Shown here: one piece after another, positions 56,243-64,000 of the stretch
Layout: the number at the start of each line of letters is the position of its first letter
Numbering within the stretch: position 1 is the stretch's first letter
Notes under the pieces: generated by a model
What the model was told of the DNA's origin: nothing
Databases searched by the model: none
Seen by the model: the letters and a program-made list of their open reading frames with translations, nothing else
From: an uncultured virus (IMG/VR IMGVR_UViG_3300023033_000001)
Lineage: Duplodnaviria > Heunggongvirae > Uroviricota > Caudoviricetes
Virus record (IMG/VR): IMGVR_UViG_3300023033_000001
Strand: one strand, 5' to 3'
Length of the DNA stretch: 64,000 bases
Program-made: the position numbers and the translations under genes

Positions 56243-59215
56243 TTAGATTGCTCCGGATTCAACTGTATTTGCTGACGAATCAACAATGAAATCAACAGTA
56301 AAGATTTCAGCATCAGGAACGAACTGTAAATGAATCACGCCGTTGATTTTACGCTGTGCAATCAATTCTGGTGATGTCGTGTCGAAACCCATTGCAACAG
56401 AATACTGTGCAAGACCTCCAAGTGCGTATATAGGTTCAAGAATGCTTGAAGAAACGTACTGTTTCCATTTCTGCCAAAGAGAACGGTCATTAAGCGAGAA
56501 TGTCAGTGTGTTCGTATACCGATCAACCTGCTGGTGGATATACACGAGAGTTCTTGCGATATGGGCTGCACTCAAATCGGTGTATTTGTAATTCAAGGTT
56601 TCATTTCCGTAAATTTGAACACCAAGTACGCCCAAATCGAAAATAGGATTGATTCGATGATTGATAAGTTTATTTCGTTCTGTCTTTGTGGATGGATTGC
56701 GAATAACAGAAACACCGTCAGGAAGTTTACCACCCTGCTCACCGGCAACAGGATAGAACGTACCACGTGTACGATATGAAGCAAGGCCACGCATGATGAC
56801 GAGATAACATGGCGACATGTCAACACGTACAGTATTCGAAAGGACACCGTTATTCAGTTTCTGACAGGTCACACGAACCCAATCCCAATACATCTCACAG
56901 TAAAAACTCTGATCACCATAAGTAACAGGCTCAGACATGCCGTATTCCCATAGGTCAGAAAATTCACCAAGAGAGTTTACCCAGTTGCACGCATCATCCA
57001 GCGACATACCATATGGAGTTGTAAATATGCATGTCAAATCCTTACGGTCAGCTGCAATCTGTTTTAGGTAGTAATGTAATACACGTCTTGGAGACTCCTC
57101 CTCCTCTATTTTTTCAGGAAGATGGACAAGGTTTCCATCTTCATCTGTAACCATCGCAGAAAGCTCGGAAATAAAACATCCGTTATATGCAGGATTCTTG
57201 AACTCTTCAAAAGCACGCTGATAATCACCAACACCGAACGCCATTTTGCCCTGTGATAGAATAATTGGTTCTCCACAAGTATGTCCGCTTTTAACGACCG
57301 AACGTAAAGTCTCCACAACATCCGTACCATTAGCCTCATAGGGTTCCATGAGCGTAAACGACAGATAACTGCCCAATACAGAGTTCAACGACTCCATGAA
57401 AGCACCGTTTGATAAACCCTCCGCCAGTGAAACACGTGTTGAAACAATCACATTCTGGTCAGGATTCGATTCATCATAATGAGAATACAGACGCACATCC
57501 ATTGCATACAGACCCAAAGATTTCGGTTTTAGCTGTATCAATTTTGTCATCAAGTAGAGTTCATCTGTGATACTCGAAATAACATCAGCATAAGGCTTTG
57601 TCGCAGCCGTGTGTTTAACAGAAACCTCAAGACCATCTGTGAAAGGGATTTCAACACCCTCAGAATTCTTCTGCTTCTGGAATGTGACTTTTGTCTTGAT
57701 TTCGCTGTCAACCATAACGGTCTCGACCTTGTAGTCAATCCCATCAACCATGTATGTGCACGACACAGGGCTGTTAGCCACATAAAGCCGTGTTTCACCA
57801 GAACCAGTAGATGCAAACGTAATCAGATTATTTGTCTTCGCATCTTCGTATTCCGTTGCATCGTAAAGTACTTCACCACCTAAAAGCGTGCAGGGCACGA
57901 CACCCGGTAGAAAACGACCAAGCATGTCATCCGTTTTTACAGAAGCATCAACAGGATTACGTTTTTGATTGATTGCACATGCTAGTGCAACATTCATCCC
58001 GAACTTCGTATTTGTTGAAGCCATCTTAACGCTTGACGGATATGTTGCAAACATACCGACAGGTGCAAGAGCACCCGAAGTGTCCGACCCAGTAGAGACT
58101 CTCGACAGAATCACGACATAATCATTGTCTTCAATGGCACTCTTGACATCTTCCTGCGAATACCAGTCAGTGTCGGTCGTGTCTATGGCAATAATGGATT
58201 TCTGTGAAGCCCCCATAGCTGAAAGTTTCCCGAAAGCGTCTGCAAGATCAAATTCAGGTTCAGACGAAGGGAACGGAACAAAAATAAATTCGCCACACCC
58301 CGCAGAATTGAACCAGTACGTAATAATCTCATACACAGGCGAACTGTCATCAATTCCATAAATATTGCGAAGTTTAGCCAAGTCTCCGATTTTCCAGATA
58401 CCATGATAGTTACCGACGCCACCCTCAAGGGCAGTCCAGTCCGATAGCTCAGTTAAAAGCTCTTCATCGCTCTTGTCAAAAGAACCATACACTACAGTGT
58501 TTGAGTCAAACGAGTTAGCAACTGTATCACCACTGGAAGAAAGATTTTCAATCTCTTTGTATCCATCAGAACCCTTTTCACCTACATGTACTGTATAAAT
58601 GCTTCCTGTTTCGACACCATCCTGCATGGTGGATTCACGTGAAACCTTGACAGCAATGTTGTTACCGAAAGCACCCATTCGACGCATAAAAATTGTATTG
58701 GTTGAATCAAGTTCTTTCTTGGCTACCTTGTCAAGCGTACCGAAAGCAGTCTCGAAACCAAGCACAGGAATCCCATTCCCATTCGTTATATCTGAAAGTT
58801 TCGTGTAACCGTCAATAAGAAGAACACCGTCTTCATCTGTACGCATTATATCTGTGAAAGTGTCTTTCTTTGAATCATCATTCAACAGACAAATAAACTC
58901 AGCAGGATCACCAGAGGGTACTTTGCTGATATAAACAGAAAAACCAGTACGTACAATTTCACGAACTGCATAAAGGTCACGATACTTTTCAGGGTCAATA
59001 CGTGGGTCACCAAACACACGGTCAAGCGTGTCTGTATCTTGAATAAATACAGGTTCATAAACAAGTTCCTCCGAATCTGACTTGGGCTTCGGTCCCCACG
59101 GCGTGACACACGCGAACAGTCCGGCGAAATCGGGTGCGTTCTTGATAAGCGAATTGTCCTTGATATATGTCTGGACATACGCCGCCTCTCTCGTAGTTGT
59201 AGGTTTCATAAGCAT
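56243..59215 (-). CDS. Contractile tail sheath protein
   Basis: TPWGP..EPV..LDRVFGDP N-terminus; RINPI...IYGNETL, HIARTL and FSLND C-terminus. Confidence 0.92.
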   Translation of the reverse strand: MLMKPTTTREAAYVQTYIKDNSLIKNAPDFAGLFACVTPWGPKPKSDSEELVYEPVFIQDTDTLDRVFGDPRIDPEKYRDLYAVREIVRTGFSVYISKVPSGDPAEFICLLNDDSKKDTFTDIMRTDEDGVLLIDGYTKLSDITNGNGIPVLGFETAFGTLDKVAKKELDSTNTIFMRRMGAFGNNIAVKVSRESTMQDGVETGSIYTVHVGEKGSDGYKEIENLSSSGDTVANSFDSNTVVYGSFDKSDEELLTELSDWTALEGGVGNYHGIWKIGDLAKLRNIYGIDDSSPVYEIITYWFNSAGCGEFIFVPFPSSEPEFDLADAFGKLSAMGASQKSIIAIDTTDTDWYSQEDVKSAIEDNDYVVILSRVSTGSDTSGALAPVGMFATYPSSVKMASTNTKFGMNVALACAINQKRNPVDASVKTDDMLGRFLPGVVPCTLLGGEVLYDATEYEDAKTNNLITFASTGSGETRLYVANSPVSCTYMVDGIDYKVETVMVDSEIKTKVTFQKQKNSEGVEIPFTDGLEVSVKHTAATKPYADVISSITDELYLMTKLIQLKPKSLGLYAMDVRLYSHYDESNPDQNVIVSTRVSLAEGLSNGAFMESLNSVLGSYLSFTLMEPYEANGTDVVETLRSVVKSGHTCGEPIILSQGKMAFGVGDYQRAFEEFKNPAYNGCFISELSAMVTDEDGNLVHLPEKIEEEESPRRVLHYYLKQIAADRKDLTCIFTTPYGMSLDDACNWVNSLGEFSDLWEYGMSEPVTYGDQSFYCEMYWDWVRVTCQKLNNGVLSNTVRVDMSPCYLVIMRGLASYRTRGTFYPVAGEQGGKLPDGVSVIRNPSTKTERNKLINHRINPIFDLGVLGVQIYGNETLNYKYTDLSAAHIARTLVYIHQQVDRYTNTLTFSLNDRSLWQKWKQYVSSSILEPIYALGGLAQYSVAMGFDTTSPELIAQRKINGVIHLQFVPDAEIFTVDFIVDSSANTVESGAI

Positions 59216-59609
59216 CTCCTTTTCGTTGTACAACGTAAAATCGTGCCCGTGCGGGTCAGCACCGATGTGCGCACAACAGGTGAAGACCTTAGATGCACAT
59301 ACGGCACGTAAATATATACGTCAAAATTTGATAAATAAACGTCATGATGTGCTTATGGCTAGGAAACAAAGACACATAAGACTTTCAGACATATACTGTC
59401 GGTCACTCGCCAACAGGTACAATGCGTGTCTCTATGCGATGGTCTTCACCACGAAGACATAGCAAAAAGTTTGTCCAGACACGACCCCTAAATGCATTGA
59501 AATGAGCAACAATGTATGAATCAAACGTCTTATACTGACGCCATTCAGAATCATTAACACGTTTCAGTTCAATCTGATACTTCATTGCACTCAATCCTTT
59601 CAAAAAAGA

Positions 59610-59645
59610 AAAAGCCCGTTAGACAATATTGTCTAACGGGCTTTT
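59610..59645. terminator. Perfect 36-bp palindrome, terminator-like
   Basis: aaaagcccgttagacaatattgtctaacgggctttt. Confidence 0.7.
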
Positions 59646-59671
59646 GATTTCACATAGAAGTAAATCTACAT

Positions 59672-60367
59672 TTAACAACGACGATAACGACGTGTTCTCA
59701 TCGTAGTTTTGCGTGATTCCTTGGCATCTTCTAAGGATTCTTCAAGGTTCTCAATAATGTCGTCAAGTTCGCCACAGACTGAGCTATAAACATCATCAGC
59801 TTCGCCGGACACTTTGTCGTTGTAATACTCAACTTCCCACTGCAAATGTTTCACGCCAATAGCAAATACATTTTCAAAGTCTTCATCTGAATTGATCACA
59901 GGAATGCCGTTGTCCAAAAACTGAACATCATCCTCGAATGAGAGGTCATCAAAAAGATCCGCAAAGGGAACTTCAATTTCATCAACACGACCATGATCGT
60001 TCATGGCATAAGCAACGTCTTCGTCGAAATTGATGTCACGATATTCTTTTGCTTCATCCAGAGCTTCCTGAATAGCACTACGTGAGTTATCTGCGGACAT
60101 GAACGTATGACCTGTAACATCGCTAAGACGCAAAGATTCCGGATAAACCGTATGGAAAATCAGTGAGGTTTCCGTCACATCTTCGAGTTTCATGTAACCT
60201 TCATAAGGAAGTTCCTGACCGATACTGTCTCTTGTGGAAACATAGACTGAATCCCCGTCACTTGAACCACACTGGTCAAATGCTTCTGCCACCATATCGT
60301 AAAAGTCGTCGCGGCCAATCTGCTTACGGCTTTCAAATTTACGTCTATTTCGTTGTTTCTTAATCAT
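59672..60367 (-). CDS. Acidic protein with basic N- and C-termini
   Basis: MIKKQRNRRKFES...KESRKTTMRTRRYRRC; GAGGAGG SD. Confidence 0.75.
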   Translation of the reverse strand: MIKKQRNRRKFESRKQIGRDDFYDMVAEAFDQCGSSDGDSVYVSTRDSIGQELPYEGYMKLEDVTETSLIFHTVYPESLRLSDVTGHTFMSADNSRSAIQEALDEAKEYRDINFDEDVAYAMNDHGRVDEIEVPFADLFDDLSFEDDVQFLDNGIPVINSDEDFENVFAIGVKHLQWEVEYYNDKVSGEADDVYSSVCGELDDIIENLEESLEDAKESRKTTMRTRRYRRC

Positions 60368-60368
60368 A

Positions 60369-60998
60369 CTAAACCTCCTCACCATTATCGTAATCATCAG
60401 GATAAATACCGTCGAGAAGGTAATCATTCGGGTTGACTTCTTCGATACGAAGGTTTTCACGTACATAAAGCTGTGGATCAACGTACAGATAACCATAGGC
60501 GTCCAAGGCCTGATCGCAGAGATCATACCAACGGTCATCACCAATACGGTTACAGATTTCATCCATGCTCATGTCTTTTATGCTTTCGACTTCTTCAGGT
60601 GTAAAGCCATATTTCTCAGGGTCATCGAGAATGGCGTCACGTGCATAATCACCCTGAATGTCATAGATTTCATCATCAGGAACGAGCAGGTAGCTCGCGT
60701 TTTCTGCGCACCAACCGACAGCAGTTTCAAGAATCGTTTCAAGAGCACTATCGCTACCCCATACGAGCATCGTGTCAAGGAAGTATCCATGACCGGGCCA
60801 AATACCTACCTGAAAGAGATGATCGCAGTAATTGGCATCCTCTGGATTGATGCATCCGAACGTCGTGCGCATCTCACGTTCTTTACCATCGTAACTGCTC
60901 ACGTAACCCTCGCAACGACGCTTTCCAGAAGTTTTCTGCTGTGCGCTTGAGTAATGTGTTCGTAACGTGTGTTTCTTAACTTCTTTGACCATAACCAA
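60369..60998 (-). CDS. Acidic protein with a basic leader
   Basis: 209-aa ORF. Confidence 0.7.
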   Translation of the reverse strand: MVMVKEVKKHTLRTHYSSAQQKTSGKRRCEGYVSSYDGKEREMRTTFGCINPEDANYCDHLFQVGIWPGHGYFLDTMLVWGSDSALETILETAVGWCAENASYLLVPDDEIYDIQGDYARDAILDDPEKYGFTPEEVESIKDMSMDEICNRIGDDRWYDLCDQALDAYGYLYVDPQLYVRENLRIEEVNPNDYLLDGIYPDDYDNGEEV

Positions 60999-61429
60999 AT
61001 CCTCCCAAGAGATTATTCACTAAAGGCGAAACCATTATATACTTCAAAAATGACGATACCCACGACCGCAGCACCATCAAAGTATCGTTGTAATACATCT
61101 GCCGGAACCTAATGTCATGTTTGAAGTAAAACTCATGCCGTACCTCGTCATACGAAATACTGCGCAAAACTCTGTCACACTCCATTAATTTTGATTTCCG
61201 AAGTTCCATTTTTGGTATCTGCACAAAACACAAAATGCCTTGTGCCTGAACACGTTTAACAAGAACATCGGCATAACCGTTGTCGTATGGGTTCCTAATT
61301 GCAAATCTCATAGTACGACCGACCTGTGGTGCTGTGAAACAAAAGACACACATAAGTATGATAGAACTAATAGACGAGACCAAAAGTCTTGGTCTTTTTG
61401 TTACTCACATGTGACTCAGAGGTAATGAC

Positions 61430-62572
61430 ATGAAAAAGGAAAAGTTTGAGACAAAAGAATTCATCACATTTGACACGGTATATGGCGACAATCAGATAAA
61501 CATCGACATACCACGTGAAAGATTTGACATTGAAAACTGCACGGTATGGCTCACATCGGAGCAGATAAGCGATATGTGCAATGTGACGGTCAACTTCATT
61601 AAGGCCACCCGTATAATGAAAAGCGGAGTGTTTGACGATGACACGTGTGTACGGTACGGAATGCCGGAGACGATGTACAACCTGTCTGTTTCACTCATGC
61701 TCCTACTAGAATACGCACCAACAGTTGCCAACAGATTCATCGCATTCGTTACTAAAAAACTCTGCGAACTCTACCTTGAAAACAGTCTCAAAGAGGAAGT
61801 CACTCTGAAAGAACTGCCGTTAAAAATGAAAGCCATCACGAACGAGTTCGAGAAGTTTAAAAAGAAAAACGAAGATTTGGAAGCACGGCTCAAACAAATG
61901 AGTGACGATATCGACTTGCTGAAACGAACAAGCAAACAATCAACTGACGATGTTATGAAAGTTCTTGAAACCAAAGTGAAGAAAGAAACTAACACAGACG
62001 CCGAGAAACTTCGACGTATCACCGAAAACGAAATGCAAAAGAGACTAAATCAGGAAAAGTTCTGTGATAACGTTGCCAACGACGAGTTTTTTACTGTTCC
62101 GGACTTCATGCACCTGCCATCCATCCAGAAGTTGTTCCTACTTAAAGGAATCAGTGACCAGTCACGATTATTCACCATGATTAAAAGTGTAATCACAACA
62201 CAGGCCAACTACGGTGTTCGTGCAGAAATGTCCAAAACATTATGTATCTCTGCATACGAATCCAGTGAACTGTTCGACAAGATTATGTGCTCGTGGAAAT
62301 CAGACAATCCAAGACCTATCGGTACGTTGGTTTCATTTCATTCAAAGGAAAAGATCGACAAGATTATTCGGCACGTAAAGACGTACACGTTTTATAGAGA
62401 CGGTGAAACAAAGTACAACTGCCTTGCATCATACCCGTACAAACTTCTACGCGATGCCGTAAAAGCCGCAATACAATTCAACAAGTTCGATGAAGTTCTG
62501 GACACGATAAAAAGCGTACTGGCAACGGATGATGAAATCGACAGCTTGGTAAAACAGTATCTCAACACATGA
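61430..62572 (+). CDS. RhuM-like / antirepressor-like DNA-binding protein with a coiled coil
   Basis: TVWLTSEQISDM..V...YNL resembles the RhuM N-terminus; promoter box at 61326. Confidence 0.55.
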   Translation: MKKEKFETKEFITFDTVYGDNQINIDIPRERFDIENCTVWLTSEQISDMCNVTVNFIKATRIMKSGVFDDDTCVRYGMPETMYNLSVSLMLLLEYAPTVANRFIAFVTKKLCELYLENSLKEEVTLKELPLKMKAITNEFEKFKKKNEDLEARLKQMSDDIDLLKRTSKQSTDDVMKVLETKVKKETNTDAEKLRRITENEMQKRLNQEKFCDNVANDEFFTVPDFMHLPSIQKLFLLKGISDQSRLFTMIKSVITTQANYGVRAEMSKTLCISAYESSELFDKIMCSWKSDNPRPIGTLVSFHSKEKIDKIIRHVKTYTFYRDGETKYNCLASYPYKLLRDAVKAAIQFNKFDEVLDTIKSVLATDDEIDSLVKQYLNT

Positions 62573-62576
62573 TACG

Positions 62577-62605
62577 AAAAAAGGCACTCATTTGAGTGCC
62601 TTTTC
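62577..62605. terminator. Bidirectional intrinsic terminator
   Basis: aaaaaaggcactca-tt-tgagtgccttttt between convergent genes. Confidence 0.8.
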
Positions 62606-62612
62606 TTTTACG

Positions 62613-63221
62613 CTATCGTTTACCATAGCGGCTTTCTTGCTTCTGACCAAACATCTCTCCAAACCATTCTTCCATATCAGAAGCATAACTGGAATAGAGA
62701 TTACCATTGCCTTTCACTTTAGTACCTCGACATACTGCAATAACAGGGTATGCCTCATCATAAGTGAGTTGACCTCTGTAAGAGCTTGAGTCTTTGCACA
62801 TTTTCCTTATGGCAACAGCAACAGGCGTGTCATGCCAGTACACGTAAAGACAATGCTGTATTACGTCTTTACGGTTTGAGCATGCCGAAGCATCCGTGTA
62901 ATAAGTTTCAAGTGCAAACCTATGTTCCAGTGAAGACTTTCCGAACAATCGTTCCAAAACTTCGAACAAAGCATCCCACACATCGGTACGTTTTTTGTCG
63001 TTAAGGCACCCGAAAGCGGCCATGGCGTACATATAATCATAAGCATCTAAACCGAGAAGGTTCTCTTCCAACCATTCAGAAAACTCCTGAACTGATTTGT
63101 CACGGAACTTCCATGCGAGCTTCACCAGATACTTAAAATTCTTAAAGTCCGTAGCATTTAAGTAAGAAGCACCTAACGATTCCTTACGAATCAAAGATTT
63201 TCTCTTGTATGTAATAAGCAT
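62613..63221 (-). CDS. Hypothetical protein with a basic leader
   Basis: MLITYKRKSLIRKES...QESRYGKR; AGGAG SD. Confidence 0.7.
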   Translation of the reverse strand: MLITYKRKSLIRKESLGASYLNATDFKNFKYLVKLAWKFRDKSVQEFSEWLEENLLGLDAYDYMYAMAAFGCLNDKKRTDVWDALFEVLERLFGKSSLEHRFALETYYTDASACSNRKDVIQHCLYVYWHDTPVAVAIRKMCKDSSSYRGQLTYDEAYPVIAVCRGTKVKGNGNLYSSYASDMEEWFGEMFGQKQESRYGKR

Positions 63222-63234
63222 ACAGCATCTCCTG

Positions 63235-63618
63235 TTAATCAAAGTTGTTGTTTTCAGGCTCTTCTCCACCTTCCTCTGGTACAGGTTCTTCTCCTTCTGG
63301 TGCAGCTTCTTCACCACCCTCACCACCTGTTTCTTCATCAGAACCGTTACCACTGTCTTCGGCATTCTCAGCTTCAGCTTCTGCAGCATCCAAGTCAATA
63401 CCGATATTAGACAAGGCTTCTTCGATACGGTCAATAACTGCCTCACCTCGTGCAACACGGTCAGACAATGTGGACACAAGTTCCTGCAACTGTGCAAGAA
63501 CCACATCGAAACCCAACGAGACACGGTCAGAAGGCTGACTGTCTTCCATTGCACGTGTCTTCGTCAATGACTTAACGAAATCCTGTGAAGCAATTTCAAG
63601 TTTATCGTTTCTGTACAT
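63235..63618 (-). CDS. Coiled-coil protein with an E/G-rich tail
   Basis: 127-aa ORF with a GGAG SD. Confidence 0.7.
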   Translation of the reverse strand: MYRNDKLEIASQDFVKSLTKTRAMEDSQPSDRVSLGFDVVLAQLQELVSTLSDRVARGEAVIDRIEEALSNIGIDLDAAEAEAENAEDSGNGSDEETGGEGGEEAAPEGEEPVPEEGGEEPENNNFD

Positions 63619-63737
63619 AATGAAATCTCCAAATCATGTGCAAAAGGTGCACATGATTTGACTATTGTGCACCATAGGTTCTTTCTGTTAGATACAAGAC
63701 AGTACTAATCCATATTCTCCCAACCATAATCGCCTTT

Positions 63738-63771
63738 GTGAACTACCAACCGCCTAAAGGCGGTTGGCTTC
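63738..63771 (-). mobile_element. RE hairpin copy
   Basis: GTGAACTACCAACCGCC-TAAA-GGCGGTTGGCTTC. Confidence 0.8.
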
Positions 63772-63779
63772 AGGTTTCA

Positions 63780-63998
63780 TCAAACAAGACTTAGCTTTCT
63801 TCGTAATTGAATACTTACCATGGCACTTGATCGTTCATATTTACGTGTTCTACTGCGAACAAATCTGGATTCCAAAGCACATTCAGAACCGCAACCGACG
63901 AGATCAGTCACTTTATCCAGAAGGTCACGTGACGTCCAACGAACCTTGCCGATAAGAACGTAGTCACCGCCCTCATCCTGTGGAGCAGCAAAGCATTT
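63780..63998 (-). CDS. 3' end of a gene entering from outside the window
   Basis: Open frame ...ECALESRFVRSRTRKYERSSAMVSIQLRRKLSLV*. Confidence 0.55.
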   Translation of the reverse strand, partial: KCFAAPQDEGGDYVLIGKVRWTSRDLLDKVTDLVGCGSECALESRFVRSRTRKYERSSAMVSIQLRRKLSLV

Positions 63999-64000
63999 CG

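Noticed and set aside
63780..64000. A second tnpB ending at the 63738 RE
   Set aside because: The incoming frame has no zinc finger or D-x-N-A-A-x-N motif.
1..64000. Stop-codon recoding as in Lak-type phages
   Set aside because: Long conserved genes are intact in code 11, and TAG, TGA and TAA all terminate well-supported genes.
1..64000. tRNA or rRNA genes
   Set aside because: No cloverleaf or rRNA signature recognised by eye; tRNAscan-SE was not run.

Overview
This 64-kb window looks like part of a large (jumbo-type) contractile-tailed phage genome in the standard genetic code. Structural genes include a tail sheath, a T4 gp19-like tube, a tape-measure-like protein with an NlpC/P60 domain, a probable baseplate hub and tail-fibre-like genes. 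Replication and repair genes include an intein-split ATP-dependent DNA ligase, an intein-split RecD/Dda-like helicase, an SNF2 helicase and a 5'-3' exonuclease. Other recognisable products are an amidase, an amidoligase, a glycosyltransferase and a RelA/SpoT-domain protein; many ORFs are unassignable. The most striking non-annotated structure is a set of about 18 IS200/IS605 end-derived loci: one tnpB-only element, orphan reRNA scaffolds, a 341-bp non-coding element, 48-49-bp single-hairpin LE-RE mini-elements, and LE-LE / RE-RE fusions. They sit at gene boundaries and often supply stop codons. The predicted tnpB guide matches the phage's own neighbouring gene perfectly, but the TAM position there differs from the predicted TAM by one synonymous base. 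Also seen: a 12-copy promoter-like box (GTGGTGCTG at a fixed distance from an extended -10), a shared basic leader/Glu motif on many putative head proteins, a 36+30-bp repeat/anti-repeat locus resembling type II CRISPR architecture, and a candidate A_AAA_AAG -1 frameshift. All calls are by eye, without database searches.
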